Below are positions 1 through 12,345 of a DNA stretch of 64,000 nucleotides, piece by piece (positions within the stretch are counted from its first letter, which is position 1; every line of letters starts with the position of its first letter). Below the pieces are notes generated by a model. The model saw only the letters and a program-made list of their open reading frames with translations, was not told where the DNA came from and did not search any database. The position numbers and the translations under genes are program-made. The stretch comes from Eledone cirrhosa. Taxonomy: Eukaryota. The stretch spans positions 46,190,001 to 46,254,000 of the forward strand of contig OZ024751.1 of the NCBI GenBank assembly GCA_964016885.1. The letters are read 5' to 3'.

Positions 1-219
1 CCACCCAGTTTCTGTCTGTAAAAATTCACTCACAAAACATTGGACAATCCAAGGCTGTAGTAGAAGACCCTTGCTGCCTAATTTGGCCAAGATGTCACAC
101 TGTAGAACTAAATGTGAAACCAAGTGGTTATGAAGCAAACCCTTTAACCACACAACCATACATATAACTCCTTATATATATATAACCAATCTACCCTCAC
201 AATTCTTTCGATTAGTTAA

Positions 220-906
220 AAACATTTTCCAACATCACATAAATATAATAAAATCTTAAACCCTAACACTATTCGACTTTCATATTCAACCGCCCCTAAT
301 ATTGAACAACATATAAAAAAGCTTAACGCAAAACGGTTGTATAAACGCCTTCCAACACATAACAATACACGTAAAACATTAGCTATAACATCACAAAACA
401 ACAAACAACATCCCGTCCTGCCTAAGCAACCTCATCAACCCATCCATGGTAATACAACAACGCATAATTATAACTGTAACTGTGTCCAACCAGGAATGTG
501 TCCGTTGAACAATCAGTGTCTTGAACGCAACATCATATACAAATGTACTATCGAATCGGGTAGCCAGAAGTGGTACTATGTGGGGTCTACAGCTACCTCC
601 TTCAAATCTCGCCTTTATAGACATCGTTACTCGATAAAACATGAAAACCAGTGTTATGTAACAACACTCGCAGACAAGGCTTGGCAGCTGCGCGAAAATA
701 ACCAACAATTTAGCCTAAAATGGGATATAATAGCAGCTGCCCCTTCATATTTCGAAGGACAGGAATTTTGTAAATTGTGTAATATGGAAATATTTTGTAT
801 TATGAAATCCAAAAATATTTTATTAAATAACAGAATAAAGCGATTGTTATACTGTAACCATCGCTTGAAATCTACATTTTCATATTACAAACGCTACCAG
901 GATTGA
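220..906 (+). pseudogene. PLE GIY-YIG endonuclease coding remnant
   Basis: Open frame 220-906 (track ORF 337..906) with NIIYKC/YYVGST, catalytic R, E and N motifs. No RT domain upstream. Confidence 0.85.
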
Positions 907-1386
907 ATGCCTGTCTCCATCTCCAATTGATTGTCAAAATACATATTAACATTCTCTATTAATCTTAATTCTATCAACTCTTCTATTCTTTACCATTTAA
1001 TATAAACTGCTATAGATAAAATGAGATTTCTTAATTCAATTCCCTAATGCATATACCAGCAGGCTACCAGCATTGTTGTTATACAGTAACAGTGAAAATC
1101 TCTCTCTTCCTTACTGGACACTTTATATCTGTATTAATACTACTACACCAAATGACCAGCCTTGTCCATTGTTCAATTGGTCAAATATAGATTAAAATAG
1201 GCATTCCCCAAAATTCTTATTTAGATAAAATAAGCCATATACTCATTGTATTCTCATTAAAAACCTTCTATATACTTGTTTACCAGCAAATTGAATTGCC
1301 ATCTGTCATATACTATCCCTTCTCTTCTTCCTTTCTTACAACTAATATAAATACTTTAATTTTTCTGATTTTTTCCAATTTATCCA

Positions 1387-1506
1387 ATATCTCTGAAGAA
1401 GTGACAACTGTTTATACATTTGCTATCGAATACTTGCTAACATTATATGATTACGCAAGCAGCGATACATAGGTATTCCGTCTGTTACAGAAACATATGT
1501 CAATAC
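1387..1506 (+). ncRNA. Hammerhead-like ribozyme with long stem II
   Basis: CTGAAGA (1393-1399), gtgaca/tgttac stem enclosing a nested hairpin (tatcg/cgata, cttgc/gcaag), then GAAAC-atat-GTC. Stem I pairing is poor. Confidence 0.55.
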
Positions 1507-1546
1507 CTAATAAATTCCTTTATAAAAGCACTTTCATTTTATATTC

Positions 1547-1585
<39 letters not shown>

Positions 1586-1693
1586 CCATACCTGTATAAA
1601 TAACCTTTTAACAACACTGCCATGTCTGTATATATAACCCCTTAACCACAGGACCATGTCTGTATATATAATTGTTTCTTTTTCTTTTTACAG

Positions 1694-1779
1694 CACAGCA
1701 ACACCACCAGACACAGAATGTGCAGACAGATGCAATAATTGCACTTCTAAATGCAGTGATAATGACACACAAGAAACTG
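1694..1779 (+). CDS. Putative internal exon of unidentified gene (TATPPDTECADRCNNCTSKCSDNDTQET)
   Basis: Strong polypyrimidine tract plus CAG acceptor, GT donor at 1780. Ends in phase 1, compatible with the exon at 3215. Confidence 0.55.
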
Positions 1780-3214
1780 GTAAAAAAAAAAAAAAAAAAC
1801 TTTCTTGACTTTTCTTTTTTTTTTCACTCTCTCACACTCTTCAAATCCAGCCACTAAAGATACGTTTGATCAGTTGGGTCATCTTGTTTTAATTGTGGCT
1901 GGTCAGTTGTGGGTTGACCAAGTCTGCTAATTATTGAAATATTTGCTGATGGTCATTTGAAGCATGTGGTTTTATAACTAGATACATCTTCCACCGTTTT
2001 TTATCACTTTAACCATCGTCATCATCATAATTATCAAATAGAAAATGGTGTTCATTGTTTTTTGTTGTTGTACCAATTTCGATAACACCTGATTCCATGA
2101 GAAAGCAAAAGGACATAGTAGTAACTAGTAGTAGTAGTAGTAGTTGCAGCAGCAACAGTAGTAAGGTGTGGTGGTAGCTATTGTTGTTGATGTAGTAATG
2201 GTGGTAGTAGCAACAGTACGGTGTGGTGGTGGTTGTAGTAGTAGTAATAACAGCAGTAAGGTATGATGGTGGTAGTAGTAGTAGCAGCAAGATGTGATAG
2301 TAGTAGTAGTAGTAGTAGTAGTAGCAGCAAGATGTGATAGTAGTAGTAGTAGTAGCAGTAGCAGCAACAACAGCAGCAGTCTTTCATTTTTCTCTATTCG
2401 TTTTACTTTGTCTGTCTGTGGTCATCTATGTCACCATCTACCCCAATCAGCTTGATTCAAGAAGTTCTATCTCATTAGATGTTCACCCAGGACATTGTTT
2501 GATCCTAAGCTGTATTAACCTAATCATCATGTGGTACCCCACATGTTAAAGAGATGCTAGGGAGATTTCACAGCTACATTGAGTAGGTTTTGCTAATTAT
2601 TTTACAGATCTCATATCTCCTCCAGAAACTCATTATAAACAATGACTTCCCACCTCCCCCTCTCTATAATTACATAATGTTTCTATATCAATGTACCAGA
2701 CCAGAACCCAATATATATATAGCATTAAATGGTGATGATGATTGTTTATATATATTTTTATATATATATATATATATATAGCATTCAAGAATAAACAAGA
2801 TAAACACAGTGATGCAAAAACAAAATATGTAACACACCAATCAGTGAATAGTAATGCAATTAGATTTAAGCATTTAATGTGTTTTCGTCCAAATATAATT
2901 TGTCAGTCTGTGCTGGAGTATATGTAGAATAAGGAAAATGTGAAGTTCAGTGTAGATGTTAAAAAGTCCTTTATCAACAAAGCTGTGATATGTATTTCAA
3001 TGGTGATCATGGCCACATGATTGTTCAATCATACAACCAGTCACATGATATCATTACACAGGAGCTTATGTAATAAGGTTACATTTCCCAGGCAATCTAA
3101 TCTAAAGACAGGGGAATGGACAGATACAATGTTTTCATAGCCAAAGTCTGTGTCCCTCAAATCTTTCTCTCACCCCTGCCTTTCTTTAATTAATATGTTT
3201 CTTTCTCTATCCAG

Positions 3215-3387
3215 GTCATCCTGTAAAATTGGGGCCTGAATCTACTAAGAAAACCTCCAACACTTTATCTGACGATCAAAATAATTCTCATGATGATGAC
3301 GATGATGAAGAAGAAGAAAAAGAAGACATTGAGAAAGGCCATAGTCTTGTACATTTCTCCCTCACTAATTTATCTCTATCTAATTAA
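3215..3387 (+). CDS. Putative terminal exon of the same gene (acidic C-terminus GHPVKLGPES...DDDDDEEEEKED...SN*)
   Basis: ttctttctctatccag acceptor, open phase-1 frame to TAA 3385-3387, AATAAA just downstream (~3395). Confidence 0.55.
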
Positions 3388-4084
3388 TTAATCAAATAAA
3401 AATTATATGAAATATCATTGTTTGTTATTATAATTATTAGTGGACTGGTGCCATCAATAATGATGGCAAGAGCATTGAATGTATTTAATTTTTGGAATCC
3501 TGGGTTGGTACATAATATATACCAGGATTACTGGATATATGAGTTATTATATAAACTGGGCAATTTGTGTTTTGATAAATTCAAGGTTTGCTTAAGAGAA
3601 ACCCCATAGCTTCTTTTTACAGGAACAAATGTAGGGTTAGAACTCAGGAATTTGTGATTAGAAAGTGAACTTCTTATTGTAATCATTATTGGTGTAATTT
3701 GGTAATATTGATGGTCGCAGAAAAAAAAGAGAGAGAGAGAGAGGGAGGGAGGCACCAGGTATTGAGTGTCTTTTTTTGTGTTACAAGCAAATTTCTTGAC
3801 CTTTCCATTATCATATTTTTAACGAAAGAGGATATCTATCATTTCATAATTGTTTTGAAAATAATCAATAATTTGGAAGGATCTAGTCATATAATAAACC
3901 TCTGCCTAATTAAGCTGATGGTTGGAACTTAGCTTAACAAAGGTTCTTACATAAAATTATGATGGAAGGTTTTTAGATAAATATAAACACTAAAATAAAC
4001 AGCTTAGTATTGAAGCAGAAGTGGTTTGGCATCAAAAAGGTTGATTACATGTTTCAAGTTCTTCAAGATCCACGGATTCTGAAT

Positions 4085-4380
4085 CATGGACACATTATCA
4101 GTGTTGTATCCTAGAGTCAGTGGGTCTTACAACCGAGTCACCCTCATCCAGATGACCCAATGGACACATTATCAGTGTTGCATCCTAGAGTCAGTGGCTC
4201 TTACAACCGAGTCACCCTCATCCAGGTGACCCAACTACAAGACATATTATCACTGTTGTATCCTAGAGCCTGTGGATATTTCAGAAGGTCTTACAACCTA
4301 GTCACCCACATCCAACTACAAGATATATTATCACTGTTGGACCTGGATTTAGTGGGTACTTCAGCTCTTACAACCTAGTA
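4085..4380. repeat. Degenerate tandem repeat, ~73-80 bp unit, ~4 copies
   Basis: Recurring acattatcagtgttgtatcctagag...tcttacaaccgagtcaccc. Confidence 0.75.
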
Positions 4381-5399
4381 AGACATTTTAAACCTGGTAG
4401 AGTCTATCCTCTCTCCAGGTTTGAACAAAACAGATTTCTGCGAACGAAATATAAAGAATCAACTGGAACTTTTTTTAACGGCCCCGAAAGGATGAAAATC
4501 AAAGATGAACACGGTGGGATTTGAACTTGGAAAGCCTGGAATGAACACCGTAAAGTATCCATTCTGACGTTCTTACGTTCTAATTCGCCGGTAAAGAAGT
4601 GGAGTAACTGACCTTATGTGTGACACTCTTCTTTTGAAGAGGAAAAAATGTTATGGTACCATAACATCCTTTTTTTTTTTTATCTTTTAATCGTGTTGAT
4701 AAAATAAAATGATTTTGTATGCAGCATGACACCGTGGTCAATAATAACCACACCTCTAAGTAGGTTGTGGAGGCGCGTTTCCTAGAGGTAAGTGTGTTGG
4801 ATTTACGATCATAATGTCGTGGATTCGATTCCGGGATTGGGTTATGTGTTGCGTTTTTGAGCAAAATACTTTATTTTACGTTGTTGCAGTATACTCTGCT
4901 GAAAATGAGTACTAGCAGTAGCTGGGGTTTAACCCTGCAATGGACAGGCGTCGATCAACTGAACAGCCGGTTAACGTGCAAGTGGCTGAGCATTCCACAG
5001 ACACGTCACACGATGCTACGACACTCCGCGGACCTCGTTGCGCACATGACCCAGGCAATAGTGTCGACAGGAAAAATGGAAAATGTGTTGAAGAGGTGGT
5101 AGAAACCACGCTGGAAGCGTGATACATTGAGACGGCGGGCATTTTCATTTAGAGATACACTTTATTTATGTCAGCTCAGTGGACTGGAGGAACGATCTCG
5201 AGGTAAATACTCTAACCACTGAGCTCAAGAAACGTCAAATATTGGATGAATAACAAACAACAAAAGTTGTCTTTCCATTTATGTGTGTGAGAAAGAGGTG
5301 GGATAAAAGTAAGGGAGGTAAACTCTTCAAGCCTCAGAGAAAGGGAAAATTATCCTAAGTACATCCAGAGTTGTCTTTCGTATTAATAACGACAAGCAT

Positions 5400-5640
5400 T
5401 CAGTTACTCAAGAGGAAGAGCGCCGGATGAGAGTTAATGAGACGCAGCCTCTCTGCCATTCGGGACAAATTTGCATGCCTGGTCTCCAGGCATCTCCTAT
5501 GGCTTTCGAGAGAATTGGAGAGCCGAGAATGCATGCGGCGTCTTTGGGCGTTAGCCGAGGTTCGGACAAGGTGGGATGGGTGCTAAGTAAGGCATCGTGG
5601 AATTCGGCCTCTCCGTAGCTAAATACACACACATATACAT
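5400..5640. repeat. Unclassified interspersed repeat ending in (CA)n; second partial copy at 6578-6650
   Basis: tgggatgggtgctaagtaaggcatcgtggaattcggcctctccgtagctaaatacacacaca is identical at both loci. Confidence 0.7.
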
Positions 5641-6656
5641 AGACAAATATACACAAACACACACATATATAAACAGATATACACATACAGACTAAGACAC
5701 ATACGCACACATATACAAACACAAACACATACATAGACATATACACAGACATAGACATACATACTGGTGCGACTGGTGGTGATAATGATGATGATAATGT
5801 CTGAATAATTATGTAAATATATCTGCTTTGCTAATTATCTAAATCTCTTTATAATTAGTAAATTTAGCAGTAACATATTTAATAAGTTTTAAGAAATCTA
5901 ATTATGAGTGATCATTAACAATCTAATTATAAATATTTATTTGGTGATGAAAAGATTATATTAGGTTCATTGCTGAGGCAAATATTAGACAGCTCTAGAC
6001 ATGTTTCAGCCTCATCAGACCTTCTTAGTGAAGCATTTTTTTTTCTTTTATTATTATTTTTAGGTTGATGGGTTGGAAGAGTAAGTAGTGCATTGGAAAA
6101 AATGCATTGTAGTATTTGTTCCTTCTGAGTTCAAATCATGCTGAGATCAACGTTGCCATTCATCCTTTCAAGGTTGGTGAAATAAAATACCAGTGAAGTA
6201 CTGGGGTTGATATAATCAGCATTTCCCCTCTCCATAAGTTACTGGCCTTTAGTCTAAATTAGAAATCATTACTCAGCATATCTCTTCTGCTGATATTCAG
6301 AATGTCTCATGCAGCCATATATATATATATATATGTGTATGTGTGTGTGTGTGTGTTTAAAAGATAAACAGATATAACAACACAATCGATATATATATAT
6401 AGCACCTTCCATATGGTTCTTGCTCTCCCAAGCAGACAAACTTTCCCTAGAGTCAGGTAATTCACCTCTATATCCAACAAACCATTCAAACTTCTAGCCA
6501 TTGTCCCAGTATGGTGAGCATGGTCTGAGTGAAAGGACCTGCTCTGAGTATGCACCTGCAAATTGGAGGAGGACAAATGGGATGGGTGCTAAGTAAGGCA
6601 TCGTGGAATTCGGCCTCTCCGTAGCTAAATACACACACATATACATAGACAGAGTG

Positions 6657-6775
6657 AAGGCGTGTGGCTGAGTGGTTAAAGAATTGGATTCGCAATCGTA
6701 AGGTTGTGAGTTCGATTCCTGGACCAGGCGATGCATTATGTCCTTGAGCAAGACACTTTATTTCACGTTGCTCCT
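6657..6775 (+). mobile_element. tRNA-derived SINE head (related copies ~4770-4960, 12690-12960, 61200-61300)
   Basis: A box tggctgagtgg, B box gagttcgattcc, followed by gtccttgagcaagacacttt. Confidence 0.8.
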
Positions 6776-6869
6776 TCTACCTGGAGTTGCGACCGATAGA
6801 TAGTATTAGCAATTGGAAAGACCAATGGAAACATTGTTCCCTCGGTCCGATTTGACGAAAGTCGATCGT

Positions 6870-7125
6870 TCCTTTATACATAGACAAATATACACAATCT
6901 TAGCAATCACGGTGCACATGGCTTTTTGTGGGCTTTCTGCATGTGTGACTGTCAGAGGTCTCCCTCTATTGGGGAATCTCTTTTTGTTTGTTTGATTTTT
7001 AAATGTTTATTCTTTTACCTTTTGTTATAACTGTTTCTTTTACATACAAAATCTACCCTGTATGATCCTGTGCCGTTTCTATTGTTTGCTTAATGTCAGC
7101 CCTATGGGGCTAATAAAGAAACCTT
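6870..7125 (+). mobile_element. 3' end fragment of Tx1/L1-type LINE
   Basis: Ends in ccctatggggctaataaagaaac, matching the 3' end of the - strand LINE at ~33787. Confidence 0.5.
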
Positions 7126-7546
7126 TAATACAATACAATTATCATTATTTGACAGCGCCGAGGTTAACTTTGCCTTTCATCCATACGGGTCGATAAAATA
7201 AAGTACCAGTAACCTACTGGTAATTGCTGGCCTTGTGCCAAATGTAGAAACAATTATTTGACAGCATCAGCAGGGCATCAGACAATGTGCTTTGCAGCAT
7301 GTAGTTACAGCCCTTTATGTTCTGAGTTCAAATCTCGCTGAGGTTAGCTTTGCCTTTATCCTTACGAGGTCGAGAAAATAAAGCATCAGTAATGCCCTGG
7401 AGTAGATTTAATTGACTTTCCCCCTCCCCCAAATATTGTTGGGAATGTACATTATTATTTATTTAAAAACAGTAACAATTATTTGTAAACACTAATCATG
7501 TTTCTTGCCCACAATGTTGGTTCTAGGCTGTAAAACCTATGTTAAA

Positions 7547-7695
7547 CTACCAAATAGTTCTCAAAGATTTTGTTGTTTTTAAGATATTATCCTTGAAGAG
7601 CAGCAAAGAATTTGTATTCAGCATCTGGTGGGGTTTTCTTCCTGGCGGATTCTCTGGCTTTATATCAGGAGTCATGTGATACACCTGACCTTGAC
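7547..7695 (-). CDS. Putative terminal exon of unidentified minus-strand gene (GQGQVYHMTPDIKPENPPGRKPHQML...RTIW*)
   Basis: tttag acceptor; phase 1 joins the 7792-7913 exon in frame across a 96-nt intron; TAG at 7549-7547. Confidence 0.5.
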
Positions 7696-7791
7696 CTAAA
7701 TTACACACTATCACGTGACTGAGATTACACTATCACATGACCGGTTTTTTTATTTATTGTTTTTTTTTTTTAACCTGAACTCTCTTCTTAC

Positions 7792-7913
7792 CTATGTAAT
7801 TAATTATAACAGCTTCTTCTTCATCATCAAATGATCCGTCTGGACCCCCAAGTAAGACCAACTGTAGTTGTAGGTACCAGTCATATACTAGGTTACTCAA
7901 AATAACTTCGTTC
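7792..7913 (-). CDS. Putative internal exon (NEVILSNLVYDWYLQLQLVLLGGPDGSFDDEEEAVIINYI)
   Basis: ttttctttatatttttag acceptor, gtaaga donor, 122 nt open frame. Confidence 0.6.
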
Positions 7914-8689
7914 CTAAAAATATAAAGAAAACTGTTACTTAGGAGGTGGGGAAAAAATCAATTTATATTAAAACCTTTGGTGTCAACAAAATGACATTTT
8001 TAAACAACGACAACGATGACGACGACAGTAAACAACAACGATGACAATAAAACAACAACACAACAGACGACAACGATGACAACAATAACTGTTGTTTAAG
8101 GGTCACAAGATTAAGGAGTGACTAAACAAGAGAAAGCCATGTGCTTATGACTTAAATAAAACACGTGAGAGAGGTACTGCGGTGGCAGTGTGGGTGTTAT
8201 CGGGGGAGATAATTAAGTATAGTATAAAGTCAATAATGGTGACTTCCCTTGGTTAACAAAGCAATGAAGTTGGTGAAATTCGTTCAGCTTTCACAAATTT
8301 TTCTTAGTTTCTGATTTGTTGGTGGTTTGTCTTTATTAATAGAATATGTAGTGATGCCCAAGAGAGTACTTGGTTATTACAGTGTCTTAGCCTCGCTATC
8401 ACATGCGGCGAATCAAACATTCTCTCACTTTTCCTTCAACAGCACAAGTAACACTACCAACAATAACACCGTCACCGCGAACATCACACCACCACCACCA
8501 TCACCTGCACTACCACACCACCACCAACAACAACAACGACACTAACACCACCACCAACAACAACACTACCACCACCACCATCACCATCACCACCACCACC
8601 ACCAGCTAATCTTATTTACTGAGACAACAACGACACATTATGTCTTATGTCTCTCTCTCTCTCTTGCCTGTAATGTTTCTTGGCTAATC

Positions 8690-9022
8690 TGTTTGTTCAG
8701 TTGAGCTACACAGCTCTTATTAGCAGATTATTCATATCAGTGTTTTTACAACATATATATATCTTTTTCTTCTTCTTCACCCAGTTATTCTTGAGAGGGT
8801 CATGGGGGAAGAGTCAAACACTCCTTCCAGCAGCTCCTGTCACAAGCAGCCGTCTCCAACTAATCCAGCTGGATCCTACATATATATATAGTAGTATTTG
8901 ACTCTTCCCCCATGATCCTCTCAAGAATAATTGGGTGAAGAAGAAGAAAAAGATAAATATATGTTGTAGAAACACTGATATGAATAATCTGCTAATAAGA
9001 GCAGCAGCTCAACTGAACAAAC
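8690..9022. repeat. Inverted repeat, ~130-bp arms (8690-8822 / 8893-9022)
   Basis: Arms are reverse complements with few mismatches; spacer-related sequence recurs at 12375-12500. Confidence 0.85.
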
Positions 9023-9060
9023 CGGCGAAACTTCAGGGTTAGCCTTAATAATATTGAATA

Positions 9061-9563
9061 CTAGTAGTGGTATCCGGCGTTGCAAGGGATAAGGTATTGT
9101 GAAATATATAACCGCCTTAACTAAGGTTAGTATTGCCACAACCACGGCTGGCAAAGAAGTAAGGGTCTGGTGGTACGTAAGTAAGCTACACTGTGGCTTA
9201 AAACGTGAGGAAGAAGTTGTGTACACTTACTAACTGTTTGGGGAATGAGTGTGAGATTTGTCTTGAGCACGGGTGACCGAATAACCGGAGGCAGCAGATA
9301 GCCAGACATATAATAAGGGCGCGACGTTATTTGTACGTATCTATCTAAAAAGAGAAAGACTAAGAATTATAGAGAGAGATCGCTAAATCGCCTAATGCGG
9401 TCCCTAGGGCATAGAAAATTTGAAATTTTTGTTGCTCAGAACACTCCCTGAAACATAAGTATTACATGTGTAAAGTTTGAAAACAGTCGGTTGGGTGCTT
9501 CTCTAGTTTTAGGGATTCAAACTCACACACACACACAGACATCCTCAGTTTTATATATATAGA
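9061..9563 (-). mobile_element. Non-autonomous Helitron
   Basis: Minus strand starts TCTATATATATAAAA..(TG)n and ends with a GC-rich subterminal segment followed by ACTACTAG. Inserted between A and T with no TSD. Confidence 0.8.
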
Positions 9564-9564
9564 T

Positions 9565-9871
9565 CATCATCATTGCATTTTACATCCGCTTTTCCCTGCT
9601 TGCAAGGGTGGGACGGGAACTGATTCTGGCTTACTTTCTACAGCTGGATGCCCTTCCTAACACCAACCTCATTTACAGTGTGGGCTGGGTGCTTTTTTGC
9701 CGTGGCACCTCCACGTCCACTTTGCAGTGGAATGATAATGACCCCAGTCCCTATCATCTCATTTCTACAGCTGAGTAAACTGGAGCAATGTGAAATAAAG
9801 TGTCTTGTTCAAGGAAGCAACACATCACCCGGTCTGAGAATTGAACTCACAACCTTTCGATTGCAAGGCCA
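9565..9871 (-). mobile_element. tRNA-derived SINE with RTE-type tail, head truncated by CR1 (copies 15515-15845 -, 24215-24437 +, 32216-32538 +)
   Basis: Four near-identical copies; the tail ggtgttaggaagggcatccagctgtagaaa...ggacgtaaaatgatgatga is shared with the RTE LINE at 26490-26648. Confidence 0.88.
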
Positions 9872-11466
9872 TAAAATAAACGCAACCATGCCTCTCCTGG
9901 TCTTGATGGTGTTACGTACCTGCTTCTTAAACGTGGTGGGTACTTCCTTCTACGCCAGTTATCACGCTTCTTCCAATTCTGTCTGAACAACAGTGCTACT
10001 CCAGAACAGTGGAAAACTGCCAGTGTAATTCCTCTGTTCAAAAAGGGTGACCGCACATCACCTGTGAACTATCGTCCAGTCAGTCTTACTAGTTGCATCG
10101 CCAAACTGATGGAATCCTGTGTCAGAGAAACACTTTGGAACTTCTGGAGCTCTCACAGTCTTATCCGGCCTTCGCAATTTGGATTTATCCCCAACTCCAG
10201 CTGCTGTGATCAACTTATAGAGTTTCTTGAGGACATCACCCGGATCACTGATGGCGGCTCATGGGTGGATGTTGTTTACCTTGACTTTGCGAAGGCCTTC
10301 AATTCTGTGCCGCATAAAAGGCTTATGGCAAAACTCTCTGCAATGGGTGTGAAGGATGATCTTTTTAACTGGTTGAAGTCCTTCATTCTCAGTCGAAGAG
10401 AGGTAGTCACGGTTCTGGGACAGCATTCCTCACCATATGAGATGTCATCTGGTGTACCTCAGGGATCTGTTCTTGGCCCCCTTTTGTTTGTGGCATATAT
10501 TAATGACATAGATGCCAACTTAAGGAATGCCACAGTACTAAAGTACGCAGACGACATCAAGCTGTACCTTGAGATAAAAAGGACAGATCCTGAACACTAT
10601 AGATCTTGCTTGCAGTCTGACCTGGACACAATGCAACAGTGGATCTCAGACTGGCAACTCAAGCTAGCTGTGGACAAGTGCACCACCATGCATTTTGGGA
10701 GTAAAAACCCAGCGTCCACATATTCCCTCCACAGCACTAATATCAAGAAGTCTTCCTGTGAACGTGACCTGGGCATTACGGTCAGCAGCGATTTGCGTTG
10801 GACGAGGCACGTCTCTAAAATTGTCAAGAGGGCCGAGGGTGTCTTAGCATCACTCAGCAAGACCTTTGTCAGCCGCTCTCCAGATATCTATTTAAGGCTG
10901 TATACAGCTATGGTGCGACCACACTTAGAATTTGCATCACCAGTCTGGAACCCCTATCTTGCTCAGGACATTGACCGCCTGGAAACTGTTCAGAGACGTG
11001 CAACCAAGCGAATACCCTCCATCAGGCATCTACCATACTCTGATCGCCTTGCTTCCCTGGGCATGGATTCATTGAAGCTCCGACGCCTGGCAACTGACTT
11101 GGTAAACACCCACAAAATTGTTAACCATGTTGCCAACAACAACCCTGAGTGCCTTTTCGATTTCCATGTGTCTAACACACGTGGACATGCCCACAAAGTA
11201 AGAAAACAGCACAGTTCCCATGACTTTCGGAAACATTTTTTCACGCTCAGAGTTGCTGAAGCATGGAACAAACTACCTGCATCAGTTGTTAGCTGTCGAG
11301 ACGCTGCATCCTTTAAGGCCTCCATGCTTCCCGAGATCCGCCAACACTACAGCTAACACATACAAACATGTACTTCCCTGGCATTTGTGTATTATTCTAT
11401 GTACTATATTGACGAGTTGTAGTGCACCTGAGCACTTTACACAATAATTTCATTATTATTATTATT
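9872..11466 (+). mobile_element. 5'-truncated CR1-clade LINE
   Basis: RT frame with SPGLDG, WKTASVIPLFKKG, NYRPVSLTS, YLDFAKAF, GVPQGSVLGP, YADD and a CR1-type C-terminus (TRGH..RKHFFTLRV..WNKLP). Short 3' UTR and (ATT)n tail. Confidence 0.95.
9875..11356 (+). CDS. CR1 ORF2 reverse transcriptase (partial, uninterrupted frame)
   Basis: Frame of track ORF 10064..11356 stays open upstream to 9875. No APE endonuclease domain present. Confidence 0.9.
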   Translation, partial: NKRNHASPGLDGVTYLLLKRGGYFLLRQLSRFFQFCLNNSATPEQWKTASVIPLFKKGDRTSPVNYRPVSLTSCIAKLMESCVRETLWNFWSSHSLIRPSQFGFIPNSSCCDQLIEFLEDITRITDGGSWVDVVYLDFAKAFNSVPHKRLMAKLSAMGVKDDLFNWLKSFILSRREVVTVLGQHSSPYEMSSGVPQGSVLGPLLFVAYINDIDANLRNATVLKYADDIKLYLEIKRTDPEHYRSCLQSDLDTMQQWISDWQLKLAVDKCTTMHFGSKNPASTYSLHSTNIKKSSCERDLGITVSSDLRWTRHVSKIVKRAEGVLASLSKTFVSRSPDIYLRLYTAMVRPHLEFASPVWNPYLAQDIDRLETVQRRATKRIPSIRHLPYSDRLASLGMDSLKLRRLATDLVNTHKIVNHVANNNPECLFDFHVSNTRGHAHKVRKQHSSHDFRKHFFTLRVAEAWNKLPASVVSCRDAASFKASMLPEIRQHYS

Positions 11467-11514
11467 CAATATTATTAAGGCTAACCCTGAAGTTTCGCCG
11501 GTTTATCACTTTAA

Positions 11515-11747
11515 CTCTTTAGTATTCACATTACTCTATATATACTATTATATTTTCATGGTAAAGGCTTTACCTCGCATAATTATCTCACATAATATCG
11601 AATCTATGAGATATATCTTAACATCAGTTTGAGCGACTAGTTACATCGAATCTATGAGATATACCTTAACATCAGTTTCAGCGACCAGTTACAGCCAGTT
11701 TTAACAGAAAGAGGTAGAGAATTTTGGCCGATTTGAATATTAAAGGG
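11515..11747. mobile_element. piggyBac-type MITE (second copy ~25336-25569)
   Basis: TTAA on both sides; TIR ctctttagtattca / tgaatattaaaggg. Confidence 0.78.
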
Positions 11748-12014
11748 TTAATAAAACTCACTTTCTAGCCTTAATAATATTGTATATATATATATGCAAG
11801 CATGGCAGAGGGAACATTAAAACAATGATGATGATATATATATCACACACACAACACACACATATATATATATATTTAGTAGTTACAATAATTTTTTAAT
11901 AAATATATAAATAAATAACCACACATATTTCTAAAGAATTTGCTTCTCATCCAACCCTACTGAGAGAAATTTGTATTTTTTCTGATTTACTCCTAAATGT
12001 ACACTTTCCATTAG

Positions 12015-12345
12015 GTGAAGTTTTTCTTATCCTTTTCTTCTTTTTTCACACTCACCCCCACTCCTTTTCTTTCTATTGTAAAAACATTAAAAAAATTGGA
12101 GATAGCTTACTAGAAATGTCTCTTTACCTAAGACCCTTTATATAGTCACTAACAGTTGTCAAAACTATCTCTTTGAGTAAGTCGTTTCTTTAATCATATA
12201 AAATGCAGAATTCTTCAATTTTTATTTTTCCTATTCATCTTCTTGAATCAATTCTTGAATTGATCAAACTATTTTTACCAATAGAAAGAAATGGGGGAGA
12301 GGTGAGTGTGAACAAAAGAAGAAAAAGGTAAGAAAAACTTCACTT
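12015..12345. repeat. Imperfect inverted repeat, ~70-bp arms
   Basis: gtgaagtttttcttatccttttcttc...ttctttctattg versus caatagaaagaa...gaagaaaaaggtaagaaaaacttcac. Confidence 0.7.

Larger units (their letters stand above)
185..1545 (+). mobile_element. 5'-truncated Penelope-like retroelement (GIY-YIG endonuclease region plus 3' UTR with hammerhead motif)
   Basis: Translation from ~185 (frameshift near 217-220) gives KHFPTSHKYNKILNPNTIRLSYSTAPNI, then CNC..CPL...C, IIY..YVG, FKSR..H, CKLC, LLN, CNH: the PLE linker plus GIY-YIG endonuclease. Bounded by (TA)n on both sides. Confidence 0.88.

Noticed and set aside
220-906. Selenoprotein-type PLE endonuclease (reported for some Naiad elements)
   Set aside because: The zinc-finger Cys positions here and in 20020-20422 use TGT/TGC; no in-frame TGA seen.
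5540-5625. HDV-like ribozyme on the minus strand
   Set aside because: tccacg and ggctaa motifs are present, but the helices could not be arranged in the required order.
6657-6730. Functional tRNA genes
   Set aside because: A and B boxes continue into SINE bodies; no complete cloverleaf.
9648-9986. Repeated [14 protein letters not shown]... as a gene family (also 15595, 31982)
   Set aside because: Antisense translation of a SINE.
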